From: the human T2T-CHM13v2.0 reference genome, Homo sapiens
DNA length: 64,000 nt
Assembly: GCF_009914755.1 (NCBI RefSeq)
Contig: NC_060946.1
Strand: one strand, 5' to 3'
This document shows, in pieces, positions 42,871-58,245 of this stretch. How positions within the stretch are numbered: position 1 is the stretch's first letter; every line of letters begins with the position of its first letter. A model generated the notes under the pieces. It was not told where the DNA came from, made no database searches, and saw nothing but the letters and a program-made list of their open reading frames with translations. The translations under genes were made by a program, and so were the position numbers.

Positions 42871-43942
42871 TTTAATATGATATTAGGTAGAGAAGATGAG
42901 AATTGAGAAAGAGAGCATCAATGTGGCAGAAATGACAACTAAACCTGAAAAAGGAAAATGTTGCTAAGGAGTCAAAGATGAGGCCTTCTATGCAAAGAGA
43001 CCAGAAAGAGCAAAGGTACAGAAGGGTAAAAGCAGAAGGCCAGTAGACTTGCATAAACAGATTAAAAGGTGTACAATATACAGAGTAGTTGAAGAAAAGT
43101 AATAAGAAAAGGTTATGAAGGGGTTTGGACTTTATCCTGGAGGGAAAAGGAAGGTGTCAAAGGCTAAATTTAAGCAGGCTTTTTCTGATGATGTAATTCA
43201 TGATCAGAACTAAATTTTAGAAGGATAACTCAAAGAGCTTATAGAAGATGGACTAGATCAAGAAGAAACTAGAATCAGGGCAGGGTTAAAACAGGGCTTC
43301 ACAAATTAGAATATTTATATACCCCCATGTGACAAGAGGTATGCAAAGCTATCTAATAAAATCTACAGCACTTTTTCAAGGAGTATCTTGTTTACTTGAA
43401 TATTTAGGGAAAAACAACTTCACACTAAAACAAACACTGATATAATGTAGTCATATGCAATATTCATATGACTAATTTAAATAATTATGACAATAACATC
43501 AATAATAACAATAGTATCCCTTTTGCATCCTAATTATGTCTAAGGCACTATCCCCATCAAGCACTTTATATGAACTAATTTAATTCTCACAACAATAAGC
43601 AAAACAGATACTATTAGAATCACTTCCTCCATTAAACTACACATACAGAGTTATTTGCTCCGATGTGTGTTTCCATATACCTTTTTCTTTTTACTTTATA
43701 AATTTTGTAATTAAGGTTTAACAACTCTTTACATTGCTGATGATATAACTTGGTATAACCACTTTGGGAAACTGGCAAAAACTTCCTAAATCTAAACATC
43801 ATATGTATGACCAAATACCTAATAGAAATAAGTGCGATGCTCATCAAAAGATATTCACAAAAATTTTATAGCAGCATTTTTATAACAGCCCCAAACTGGA
43901 AACAACTCATGATTCCATCAGTACACTTCAAAGAGTTATATA

Positions 43943-44245
43943 GGCTGGGCGCGGTGGCTCACGCCTGTAATCCCAGCACTTTGAGAGACTGAGGCAGGCG
44001 GATCACGAGGTCAGGATATCAAGACCATCCTGGCTAACACGGTGAAACCCCGTCTCTACTAAAAAATACAAAAAAAAAAAATAGCCAGGCGTTGTGGCGG
44101 GTGCCTGTAGTCCCAGCTACTCGGGAGACTGAGGCAGGAGAGTGGCTTGAACCCAGAAGGCGGAGCTTGCAGTGAGCCGAGATCACGCTACTGCACTACA
44201 GCCTGGGCGACAGAGCGAGACTCCGTTTCAAAAAAAAAAAAAAAA
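43943..44245 (+). mobile_element. AluY
   Basis: 'gatcacgaggtcagg', 'accatcctggctaacacggtgaaaccccg', 'ggagcttgcagtgagccgag'; degenerate TSD aaa(g/a)ag(t/c)tatata. Confidence 0.95.
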
Positions 44246-44971
44246 GCTATATAATTTTTAGGTCACATGGTAATAAATGGCAGAGCCAAAATTCAAGCCC
44301 AAGCTTGTTGACTATCTAATTTCACTCTCTCAACCACTATCCTATATTGGAAAGAAATTATCTACTCACAGCAGCAGCTTCAGACTTTGCTCACAGACCC
44401 AAGTAGTATACATCCTTTCTCCTCCACTTGCATAAGAATATCTATTAAAAGCTCTGAAAAGTTCTTAGAGGAGGGTACTGCAACAGTCTAGGTAAAAGAG
44501 ATGGGAGGAGGCAGGAAAGAGATTTCTAATACAGAAGAAGAGAATCAAGTAACTAACCAAATATGAGAGTGAGGGGAGGAGGTGGTTTGGGCAACAGGAC
44601 AATGGTGAATGCAGAAATAGGCACAGATTGAGGGCTCAGTCAACAGAGTTGAAGGTATGTATCCAGGAGGCAGGTGGGTAGAGAGTATGAAGCTCAAGAG
44701 ACAAATCAGACTGATAAAAAATACTTTGGAGTTACCAGCATATTTGTATATCAGATTTCCTGAATAGAGAACACTATCTCTAATCCTATGTAATTTATGT
44801 ACTCTTCTGACAATTCATATTAACTCATAGGAAGGCCTCTGTGGGCAATTAAAATTAATTTTGAAGCCATTAAAGTAGACAGAAGGTTAGTCAGAATAAA
44901 AAAATCCTGTGGAGAAGATACCACCTCCCCTATTAAGCATCTGAGAGCAACAGTAGAAAAGACAACCTATT

Positions 44972-45500
<529 letters not shown>

Positions 45501-46047
45501 CTACTTTCAGGCTGCTATCTAGCTACTTTGGAAAATCCTAAAACTTATTACAGCCAAAGATGCAAGGGGTAGAAAGATGCAGTTTAGTATTCTTCCCACG
45601 CATAGCATTTACAGTATTAATTTTTGCTTCAAAAGGCAGTTTACTGTATTTTATTTCACTATCAAAATGATGCAAAAGGGCAAACAAGGTATAATTTAGG
45701 ATCACAGGTACAATGTAAGAATAGGATAATCATAAAATCTGTATTGACTGAACTTATAAAAAACTTATATAAAACTTATATAAAATTGAAGATGGTAAGA
45801 CTGCTGTTTGGGAGTGTTCTCAAAGATCTAATTAGTGCAATAATTAAGAGGAAAAAATAGGAGTGTAACATAAGAACAGAGATGTACAAAATTATCATTA
45901 TCTTCAAATAATTTGCATTACAAGAGAATCAACAAAAAAATATGCACTAATATAATTTTCATATGGTAATTTTCATGACAAAACATGCAAGATGAACACC
46001 CTTCCTACATACCATCAAAAACTATTTTTTTAAAAAATCACAATGAG

Positions 46048-47420
<1,373 letters not shown>

Positions 47421-47434
47421 AATATTAATAGTAT

Positions 47435-47613
47435 TTATAATTAGTTATTTTCATGTAATTGTTATGTAATTGGATAAAACTAATAAATATTAACTTATAA
47501 TTAATAATTAGTTATTTTCATGTAATTGTTATGTAATTGTTATACATAGGCTTATAATTAGTTATTTTCATGTAATTGTTATGTAATTGGATAAAACTAA
47601 TAAATATTAACTT
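47435..47613. repeat. AT-rich local tandem duplication: two identical 62-bp units plus a 36-bp partial unit
   Basis: 47435-47496 is identical to 47552-47613; a partial copy lies at 47504-47539. Confidence 0.9.
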
Positions 47614-47943
47614 TTATTTTGTAGACAGGGCCTCTCTCTCTCTTGCCCAGACTGGAATACAATGGTGTGAACTTGGCCCACTGCAACCTTGGCTTCTCGG
47701 GCTCAAGCAATCCTCTCACCTCAGCCTCCTGAGTAGCTGGGATTACAGGCATGTGTCACCACACCCAACTAATTTCTGTATTTTTTGCAGAGATGGGGTT
47801 TCACTATGTTGCCCAAGCTGGTCTCAAATTCCTGGGCTCCAGTAATCTGCCCACCTCGGCCTCCAACTCCTGGGCTCAAGTAATCTGCCCACCTTGGCCT
47901 CCCAAAGTGCTGGGATTATAGGCATGAGCCACTGTACCCAACA
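47612..47943 (-). mobile_element. AluJ with internal 38-bp tandem duplication
   Basis: Reverse dimer; 47827-47864 vs 47865-47902 match at 35/38. Confidence 0.9.
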
Positions 47944-48569
47944 CTATACCAACTTTTATGAAAAACAAGATTCTGTGACTATATTGAATAGGATTGTGGT
48001 AAATATCTGGTCTTTGCTAAAGCCATGAACTCTCTTATCACTCAGCAAAACATGACTGATATGCTAACCAGAGTTTAGGATCACATTCCAAGTTTCACCT
48101 GTTTCACAAAGCTTCCTCAAGTTTATACCAGTTTCTGCCCCTCTAGAATTCCAGAATTTCAGCAGTGATTAAGACAGCATTCATCATTTATTGCTGAAAC
48201 AATGTTTTAATATTTTCATGTATTAAAGCTTGCCTCAAAAAGAAAGTAAGTCCCTCAAAGGGAGTAACCCCACACCACACTACCCAGACCTTGAACCCTA
48301 AGCACAGTATTAGGTGCCTTATGAGAAGACATCACACTTAACTGAATTAAATCTCAGAATGGCCAGCTAAAACTCTTAACATAGATAAAATACATATTGC
48401 TGAAATAGTTCACTTTAGATATTTTGTACATTCCCGTAAGTTCTAAACCAATATTAACTCCAGTCTTGACAATTGGTGTCTGGTTTCAGGAATACAGGGA
48501 TAAAGATTTCCAGTAAAACATGGGCAGGTAAGAAGCAGCACTCAAAAACAACCTTAAAAATTAGAGAAA

Positions 48570-49060
48570 TGCCCTTGTTCACTGCAGAATTATTCACAAT
48601 AACCAAGATATGGAAACAACCTAAGTATCTATCAAGAAACGAAAGTGTAAAGGAGTTATAGCTCACACACACAGACACATACATATATTGGAATGTTATT
48701 CAGACTTAGAAAAGAAGGAAATCCTGACATTTGCAACAACATGGATGAACTTGGAGAATATCATGTTAAGTGAAACAGGCCAGACACAGAAAGAAAATTA
48801 CTACATGATCTCATTTATATATGGAGTCTAAAATAGCTGAATTCATGCAAGCAGAGCATGGACAGAATGGTGGTTACCAGAGTGGGTTGAGGGAGAGGAA
48901 TGGGGAGATGTTGGTTAAAGGGTATACGGTTTCAGTTATGTAGGATAAATAAGTTCTAGAGCTCTAATGTATACCAGAAAGCTACAGTTAATAAATCATA
49001 TTGCATACTCAAAATTTGCTAAAAGATTAGATATGAAATGTTCCCCCCCTCCAACAGAAA
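48570..49060 (+). mobile_element. L1MA/MB-type 3' end
   Basis: 'gttcactgcagaattattcacaataaccaagatatggaaacaacctaag...aaggaaatcctgacatttgcaacaacatggatgaac...ttcagttatgtaggataaataagttctag'. Confidence 0.85.
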
Positions 49061-49884
49061 GTTAAAAAGAATTACTGAATGCTTACTATGTATCAGATAC
49101 ACGAAATAAATTTATGAATAAAAAAACTAAGAAAAATACATTAATTTCTCATGAAAATGAATGGTACTTTATAATTCCAGAAGCAAACACAATAGAAGAA
49201 ACACAGTAGGAAAAGGGGAAATTCCATAGGTTAGTCAAGGAATCAGATAAATATGCTTGAGCAACATCAAGCAGGAGCATGGGCTAAACAGGAGGAACAA
49301 CTCAGGAGGCCTCTGCAATAGTTGAGCTATCTATGGCTGACAACCCAAATGGGCCACTGTGAAAAGGGAATGGCCAGAAGAAGTTGATTATTAAAGTCTT
49401 AATAATCAGAAACTTTGAGGAGAATATTATTAAGCTTAGAAAAGGAATGTGGTAGCTGGACATACTCTCCTCACATAAGGGAAAAAAGAAATTCTCCTCA
49501 GGGGGAATTTTAAATCAGCCCTGGAGTCTATTACTTATACATAAGGAGAATATCCCAATAGGCAGGCTTGTGCTACTGCAGTAGCAGCTATGCAAAGGGC
49601 AATTTTGGAAGGGCTTAGAAGTGACTATGGTAGGTGGCAAACCTAAGATGGGTAGGTTTGGGGAAGGAATGGGTACCAGTATTACTTCAGGGTCCCTTCT
49701 ATCCTCATAATTCAATGATTTCTTAATAACATATTGTACAGCAGAGGTTATAAAACATGACGTAAATTACACTATTGAGAAGAGGGAAGGCAGAAAAATT
49801 TCATTCCTCCTGTTTAACATCTATAATATAACATCTATGATATCATAGAGAATGTCCTACAATGATATTTCTTTACCATTATGA

Positions 49885-50284
<400 letters not shown>

Positions 50285-50789
50285 AGCTCTTGACATATTT
50301 ATAGCAATCTGTCCCTTCACTAAATGGACCTATCTGGACAACTATGCTGTTTTACTTCTTAAACCTGGCTCTCACTTCTTAATGCCATTAGTATATCTGT
50401 CTCTAGGAGTCTGATCTCTCATTTCACTCCCTGAACATCAAGAAATCAGATCATCTGGCTTATAAGAATTGTTTGTAATGTTAGTTATTTGGGCAATAAG
50501 AAAAGTGTTCAGGTAACTCTCTAGAGAATAATATTGCCCAAAGTCCATGGCCCTTCAATAGTCTGTTTTGGTGGCTTTCAAAGGCTTTTCTTCCCCAATT
50601 CCTTCCTAGTGCCTGACCATGTTCCTGAGACACGTAGTTGCTGGATCATTTAAACAATATAATTAATCTTTATAAGGTCCCATAGTAGAATTCTTAGATG
50701 TAAACATGACTAAACATATTTCTCAACACATAGATTGATTTATAAACTTTTTGTTGCCTCTGCTATTAACCTTCTCTTCCCTATTAATA

Positions 50790-51060
50790 ATATTATAATA
50801 AAAGCTATCATTTATGGAATTCCTTTGTGGAATGCCATTATGGAAATCCTGGCACCATGCCGGGCACTTTACATATATTATTTATAATCCTACCACAACT
50901 GTGTTTGGAATAAATAGAATAATCATTTCCTGAATAAGAAAATGGAGGAGAAAAAGAAGAGTTAAGTTATAACTACCCCCAAGATCCCACAGCCAGGAAG
51001 TACTGCAGCTGGGATTTAAATCTGGGCCTATCTGACACCAAACCTCACCTTCTTTCCACT
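50790..51060 (-). mobile_element. MIR
   Basis: 'ataataaaagctatcatttatgg...gggcactttacatatatt...aatcctaccacaac...gctgggatttaaatctggg'. Confidence 0.6.
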
Positions 51061-51615
51061 CTGCAGACAGTCTCTAATCATGTTACATCTACTGAATATT
51101 AACTCTTTGAACATATTATAGTTCATCTCTTTAATAAGACTATGATGATATTTCTTTACCAGTATGATTCAGATATCTCAATCAAACTCAATATGCTCCT
51201 GAGTTGAAAATCCACCAAAGCAACAATGTAAAGAGTCTGCGGTAATAATATCTGATCTAAAAAAACCAATGTTTGCTTTTTACAATTTAATGAGTATGGC
51301 ATAATGACATAGCTTTTTTCTAATTTTACATAAACTTATGCACATTTGAAGATAATAAGAACAATGCATCTGACAAAGCTGTTAGATCGTGAGGTCAAGA
51401 ACAAGTCTTCTCTATTTCTATATATCCAAGGACTATGCTTGGATATATAGAACACTCAATTGTTGATGAAAAACAGAATCAGTAAGTCTCAAGTAATACT
51501 TTCTTCTGAAAGTAATATTTTAAGATACCTGAAACAGTTTGTTTTTAACAGAAAATAGAGCTCCACATTTCCAAAAGAAAAAAAAATGTTTTTGGTCTGC
51601 AGATAAACTTCCTAC

Positions 51616-51746
51616 CTCTCGATCTTTGAGTTTCATGGCGAGTACCAACTGATGCCTGTGGTTAGTGAGAGCCTCCCGGTAATTTCCTTTGGAGAAGAAT
51701 GCAGAGCCCAGATTCCCATGAGCTCGGCATTCTCCTGTCTGGTCAC
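51616..51746 (-). CDS. TTC28: TTC28 coding exon (probably exon 5), 131 nt, phase 1 to phase 0; TPR motif
   Basis: Long poly-T tract then caatccAG|GTGACCAG; donor GATCGAGAG|GTagga. Encodes (G)DQTGECRAHGNLGSAFFSKGNYREALTNHRHQLVLAMKLKDRE, a GPSM/LGN-type TPR signature (RAHGNLG). Confidence 0.96.
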
Positions 51747-52224
51747 CTGGATTGAATTGAGAAAAAAAAAAAGAAAAAATTTCTCTAAGTTATAATGTTA
51801 TTTATAACATATAATGGTCATCTTAATTTAAGAGCCACAGATTTATTAGCTAAGATTTCACTTATCTTCTATTAGAAAAGTATTTGTTTCTTCCACAAGA
51901 CCCTATGTGGGGAGTTACTGCCCTAGAATTTAAATCTCTGGATAACAACTGCTTTTATTGTCATAACATACAACTGCAGACAGGGACTTAGGTGTCTTAG
52001 AAACAAAAGGTTAAAGACCTTAACACAAACTAGCTGCTGTTTGAGTCCTCATTGCCCTGCTAATGACCTTTGATTCTAAACAACCATCAGCTTGTTGGTT
52101 CAGTCATTTGACTCCAAATCTACAAAAAAATATCTTTACAAGTATGCTGGTGGTAGATGCACCTTATCCCTTCTCTTACTCCAATCCTGTAAGTCCTTGA
52201 ATAATCACCATAATGACCATCATA

Positions 52225-52380
52225 ATCATAAGCCATACTTATTTTACAAATGAAAAAAGTGGGTCACAGAGAGGTTAAGAAACTTGCCCCAAGTCACACA
52301 GCTAGTAAGTGGCAGAGCCAGGATTCTAAACCCAGTAGTCAGGCTCCACAGTATACACTCTTAACCTCTATACTATACTA
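52225..52380 (-). mobile_element. MIR
   Basis: 'attttacaaatga...cagagaggttaagaaacttgccccaagtcacacagctagtaagtggcagagccaggattc'. Confidence 0.8.
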
Positions 52381-52616
52381 ATCTCCTTCAACAAAATGAT
52401 AACGCATCCTAATGAAGGAAAAAATTAAAACTAAGATGAAAGATTGACCCAACAATGTTATCATTTGACATATTTTGTAAGCCCAAATCCCTGAAGAGGG
52501 CAATGAGTATGTTATTCCACATCTCTTGGCCTTTTGGGAGTGCTGGCACCTTGTTATATGAGAAAGCTGTAAAGACCTGAATAGTCTAAAACAGAGAATG
52601 TTCTAGAGGCACTCGC

Positions 52617-52906
52617 TTTTTTTTTCTTTGTTTTATTTTTTGTTTAAGAGACAGGGTTTTGCTCTGTTGCCCAGGCTGGAGTGCAGTAGCATCATCATAG
52701 CTAAGTGTAACTTTGAATGCCTGGGCTCAGGCAATCCTCCCACCTTGGCCTCCGGAGTAGCTAAGACACAGGTACACCACACCCAGCTATTTTTTTTTTT
52801 TTTTAAGAAACAGGGTCTCACTATTTTGCCCAGGGTGGTCTCAAATTCCTGGCCTTAAGCAATCCTCCCAAAGCACTGGGATTACAGGTGTGAGCAACCA
52901 GGCGAT
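52617..52906 (-). mobile_element. AluJ in the short intron between the 273-nt and 131-nt exons
   Basis: Diverged reverse dimer with a mid poly(T). Confidence 0.9.
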
Positions 52907-52997
52907 CACTTTTCATTGCATATTACTCTCATTCATGTCATGTTACTCAGCTTTCTTTGTTCCCTTTCTGCACTGAAATAGAGAAGCATCACTCTAC

Positions 52998-53270
52998 CTA
53001 AGGTCTTGGCTACATCCAAGTCCTGCTGCATATATCCGGTGCTCTTCTCTGTATTTCCAAGAGACCAGTAAGCACTGCTCAGGGCAGAGAAAACAGAACC
53101 TCTCAGTTTGAGGCTGCAGGTGCCAATCTTCAGTGCGGCTTCTAAGACAACCACAGAGGCCCCATGATGGCCAGCTGTCAGGAGTTCCTGCCCAACCACA
53201 GACACGACCACAAAGGGACTCTTGTCCAGTTTCATTTTCTGAAGCTGCTGATAAGTGGGCTCGAGGGAGT
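52998..53270 (-). CDS. TTC28: TTC28 coding exon (probably exon 4), 273 nt, phase 1 to phase 1
   Basis: Acceptor ttattttcAG|ACTCCCTC, donor ACCTTAG|GTagag. Encodes (D)SLEPTYQQLQKMKLDKSPFVVVSVVGQELLTAGHHGASVVVLEAALKIGTCSLKLRGSVFSALSSAYWSLGNTEKSTGYMQQDLDVAKTL(G), overlapping ORF 52933..53235. Recognised as TTC28. Confidence 0.97.
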
Positions 53271-53877
53271 CTGAAAATAAACAACAATAACAGCAACATA
53301 ACAGGAGAATGTAGGATGATACAAAAACAATCTTTTCTAATACGCTCTAGAAATAAATGTTTATCATATCTTTTGTGGCTTATTTCAAGTATAAACTCTT
53401 CAACCTTTATTCTAGCACCACTTATCTCATATGACTAGCATCACAAACCCCAGTCCAGTAATTTCCTTCTCCTCACTCTTGCATGTATATGTCTTATCCT
53501 TTCTTTTGGCCATTGTGATCATCATGTACCACTTTCCCTGAATAGTTCCCTCTCCTCTGTCCTGTTCCCCTCTCAAAATATTACAGGCACATCCCTCAAG
53601 TCCTACTTGTACTGGGAATATCCCCAGGTCCTCCTCTGGCATACATTAATCTGTGTATCCAAACTTGTGCTGCATTTTAATGGTATTGCACAGTTTGGTC
53701 ATTAACTATTTTAGAATTGTTCTACACGTATTAATTTTTTAAATATTTTTCCAGCTAAATCTAAAGACTGCTATAGGACTACTGTAACACCATAGCAAGT
53801 GGCACAATGTGGGTACTCAGAAAACGCATCATGAACACAGGTGAAAGTCCCTAACATGTCTGGCATTTGATAAGAGG

Positions 53878-54168
53878 TTTGTTTGTGACAGGTCTTGCTC
53901 CGTCACCCAGGCTGGAGTGCAGTGGCATAATCGTGGCTCACTGCAGGCTCAACCTTCTAGACTCAAGTAAATCCTTCCACCTCAGCCTCCCAAGTAGCTA
54001 GGACCACAGGCACACACCATCGTCTGTGGCTAATTTTCAAAAAATTTTTGTAGAGATGAGGTCTCATTAGGTTGCTCAGGCTGTTGTCAAACTCCTCGGC
54101 TCAAGTGATCCTCCCACCTCGACCTCCCAAAGTGCTGAGATTACCAGTGTGAGTTACCACGCCCAGGC
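53878..54168 (-). mobile_element. AluJ
   Basis: Diverged reverse dimer. Confidence 0.9.
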
Positions 54169-55269
54169 TGATAAACTTGAATCTGAACGACAGATTAATA
54201 AACCCTGTCCATATTTTTTCCTAGAAGATGCTATAAAAGCTCTCCCAACAAAACCCTTGTCATTCTCACTGGTAACCCAGTATCCACTGCTGCTTCGGAA
54301 ACCAGTAGCCCCCGACTAGAAGAATATTATGCATTTTTCTTGTGGTCATAAATGAAACCATAAAGAAATCATCTGAATTTATTTATTAAGATGGAAGATA
54401 AAATTAATGTTGGTCTCATTTTATTTTCATATGGTATTAAAAGAACATAGGGGTCAGTAAGCCACAGGAGATTTTTTTCCCATTTGAAGCTAAGTTTGAA
54501 CGTAGATAACCTCCAAGCTCCTTCTCCCAATTCTTTTTTTCTTTAAAGACAAGTGCAGAGTTATTAATGATAGCCCTACAATGAGATGGCACTTAAAAAG
54601 CACTTATTATTAGCTTTCCTGAAAAACTATTTCACATTAGTTATTCCACTATGCACATGTAAAAAAAAAAAACTATAAAAGGGGTGGTCTCTTTAAATCT
54701 TGAGTCTCCTAGCCAACAGCACTGCATTAAAATGTAATTTTTACAATTTATGACTTTGAATCTAAAGTCTCCACTAAAAAGCTCTTGTCTGAGTCAACAA
54801 TGCCACAGAAATCTTGAAACCTGGAAACCTGTGGGTGCCTAAAGCATTTTTTTCCTTCAATCAGATCACTAACAGAGAACAAAGAACATTTTTACACCTG
54901 TCAAGATTCAAGCCGTGCAGAGTGCTGGTAAACACTAGCTAACCAATGGGGTTAAGTACAGGCACAAGAACCCAGGAATTGCTAGAATACAAAAGCACAA
55001 TACCATAATGAAATACTGTGAGCAGAATTTTGGTGGTGCCGTCCGCTGATGAGTTTGGTAGTCAATGTTGATCACATCAGCATCCCACTGGCCAATTAGC
55101 AGAAACAAAAATAATAGAATTTTAGAGTTGAAAAGACTTTTAAAATATGCTCTCTTAGAAATGAAGAATCTGAGTATTTAAGTGACTTATCCCAAGTTGG
55201 AAAGCTTGGGACATAACCAAGATAAGAACACACTGCAGGGCTCTAAGCCCAGGTTCTATGACATCACAC

Positions 55270-55700
55270 CAGGCAAGATTCTTAGTTGCTAGCAACATAC
55301 ACCAATCTTGGCTGCTTGTAAACAGAAAAGAAACACATTGAGTGACTACTGGGAAAGGTGGAAAACCAGGCGTCCAAACCCTCAGTCAAAATCATACCAC
55401 AAACGCTGCCTGGTGAAGGCAGCATAACCATTGCAACCAAACACAGGACACCACAGTTTACAATGCTCCTCCCCACACCAACTCACTGAATGCCACCCTT
55501 GGAAAATCAGTGTCACCACTGCCACCTCCACCACCAGAACAAATTCTGTGCTATCCTTTCTTCTTTGAACCTTTAGCTTCTGATTCAAGGATGGGGTCCC
55601 AGCTGCTAGGGAAAATGGGAAAATTAGGATCTGATGCTTTCAGCTTTTATTATAGATGGCAGAAGCAGAAATGTATGAGGAAGAATGCCCTAAACTGACA
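55270..55700. mobile_element. Old MaLR LTR (MLT1M/N-like)
   Basis: 'ggcaagattcttagttgctagcaaca...cagaaaag...aaaatcataccacaa...ctggtgaagg' resembles recalled MLT1N-type motifs. Confidence 0.45.
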
Positions 55701-57183
55701 GCCCAAACTGACTGATAGCTAGCAAAGACACCATGCTTTACTTGGTGATATCTTTTCCTATAGCAACCACAGCTAAGTTAGAGAAATAATCATCTAATTG
55801 AGCCTCTAAAATTCTACAACAATGGTAGAAAGAAGAGTGAACATTGCCACAGAAATACGTGGAAGATTCCCAAAAGAGAAAGAAATCTTTAACTGTACAA
55901 ATTTTCACTAGATGAAAATGAAACTGATGAAAGAGAAGTAAAAGATAAAATTTCCCTTCTCGGTATATAGGAAATACACTTCAAAAGATAAATTATAATG
56001 CAAAGATCAATGCAAGGATAATATACAAAACATGCTATAAGAGTTTGGAAAAGGGAGGGATTATCAAGGGCAACTGGAAAGCTTCATGGAAGAAGAAATT
56101 GATCTCTTGAAAAAAGAGTAGGGCTTAGACAAGTCTTTGCTATTTTCTGAGAGTAGAAGGCATTTTATGCAGAAGATTTGTCCTAACAGAAGTGCCAGAG
56201 AAGACAGATACATGAAATGACAGGGATTGCTGAATAGGCCAGCTTGAACTGACCAAAGAATACTTGTAGGGAAGGAAGTTGATGTGAAATAATGGGGAAA
56301 ACACTGAGCTAAATACATACAGACACCTGTATTTAAAAGTCACATAGCCTCAGTCTCTCACTTGGTCAAACGCGTAGGTTGAAACTGGTGATTGTTACAC
56401 AAATCTATTCATGTATATATGTATGTCAATGTGTACAGATACATACACACAAAAGTCCATTTCACTGTATATAAATTTAAAAATTTTTTACTATCAAATT
56501 TCTCCGCTTGGGTTGTAATTATGTCTCACTGGTCCACACCCATAATCAAAAGCTCTAGATATACAAGTGGTAAGATAAGTTTTCTAAATGTATAGGTGAT
56601 CACTACAATTATTTTCAACTCTATTATTCTAACTCCGATTTTAGAGTAAACTTGGGCTATTAGCAAAGGGACTAATTTTGTGATTTTATCAGGCTAGGTG
56701 AAACAGAGTTTTGGCAGCCTATAGCTATTAAGATGCTTTTCTTTCTAGAGTCTATGGATAATACATGAAATAGGCAATGTCAAACCAACTCCATAAGAAC
56801 ATAAAGCCCTTTGCAACATCAGTTCATCAACCATTAAGTGTTTTTGAAATGTAAAGGCTTTAAAAATTTAAGATGAACAAAATCATATTTCCTAACACTT
56901 GAAGAGCTTGTAGGAATGTAGCAGAGGCTAATAATAAGCAAAATCACACTCAACTAAGAGATATACTGTATTTCATCAGTTCAGAGATGCACATTTATTC
57001 ACATATTAACAATCTCTGAATTTGGGATTTAATACCTCTGAAATCAACAGTGCTATGAAATGGTGTGTCACTTTTATATCTAAAGGGGCCTAAAAGAGCT
57101 CTTTCGGAAAACATAAAATAAAAATATGTGTCATCATAATAGTCGGTAGTTTTTTTCTTTCTTTGTAATACATAAAATAATGA

Positions 57184-57457
57184 GGCCAGGCATGGTGGCT
57201 CACACCTGTAATCCCAGCACTTTGGGAGCCAAGGCCAATGGCCCAGGAGTTCAAGACCAGCCTGGGCAACATGGTGAAACCTCATGTCTATAAAAAATAC
57301 AAAAATTAGCTGGGTGTAGTGGTACAGACCTACAGTCCCAGCTACTCAGGAGGCTGAGGTGGAAGGATCACCTGAGCCCGGGAAGGTCGAGGCTGCAGTG
57401 AGCCATGACCATGCCACTATACTCCAGCTTAGGTGGCAGAGTGAGATCCTGTCTCAA

Positions 57458-57488
<31 letters not shown>

Positions 57489-57490
57489 TA
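57184..57490 (+). mobile_element. AluJ with (AAT)n tail
   Basis: 'gtcgaggctgcagtgagccatga'; about 11 AAT units at 57458-57490. Confidence 0.92.
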
Positions 57491-58080
57491 ACTTTTAATC
57501 CAGAGTTCTTAGAAGTGGTAAAATGTGCTATGGGACCCCAAAAGAGAAAGTTGTTATTAACTCTGTCAGGGTAGGTCTGGGAAGGCTTCCCAGAGGAAGT
57601 GGTACCTGAATAGAAATCAGAGACGGAGAAACCATAGTGTTTTCTAGGAACTGCAGATAGTTTTAGTTGAGAATATCTGGAGATAAGAAGGAAAGAGAGG
57701 CAAGGTCTTTTCTAAGGCTTGAGAGAAACTTCTCCAGTGAGTGCTCATAAAGAGGACCTTAGGTACTACGTAGTGTTCCTTCCACATCCACACCACTACG
57801 CCTGCCCTAAACATAAGAGCAATTAGTACTGCTGCTGCTTCCACTCCTCGGTGAGAAGAATGGCATCACACTGCAGAGGAAAAGGCATCCTACAGAGGCC
57901 TGCCTTTAGATGCTAGTTCTTGACTTTCAAAACAACATTAGGAGATGGATATTATAATTTCTCTCTACGGATACAGACTGAAGTACAGAGAAAGGAAGCA
58001 ACCTTGCTCAGCCAATGGACTAGCAAATGGCAGTGCTGGAATTAGATTCCAATCTTTTGGGGGAAGAAGCCTATGTTTTT

Positions 58081-58245
<165 letters not shown>

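Noticed and set aside
45751-45785. (aaaacttatat)x3 tandem repeat
   Set aside because: Ordinary slippage repeat in AT-rich DNA.
47435-47613. Repeat-spacer-like pattern resembling a CRISPR array
   Set aside because: Only 2-3 AT-rich units with irregular, repeat-derived spacers, in a primate intron with no cas genes; it is a simple local duplication.
49385-49408. 10-bp inverted repeat tgattattaa / ttaataatca
   Set aside because: Short and very AT-rich; plausible by chance in 64 kb.
51142-51202. Box C (ATGATGA) ... box D (CTGA) pattern suggesting a C/D snoRNA
   Set aside because: It is on the strand opposite the host transcript, spans only about 60 nt, has a negligible terminal stem and no recognisable rRNA guide.
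51729-53311. 11-nt complementarity (acaggagaatg) between the start of the 131-nt exon and the branch region upstream of the 273-nt exon
   Set aside because: About one such match is expected by chance within a 2-kb neighbourhood.
52933-53438. Overlapping ORFs in alternative frames or antisense around the 273-nt exon, and read-through past its donor
   Set aside because: These are by-products of the real exon's composition; only 53270-52998 has splice sites that keep frame with the neighbouring exons.
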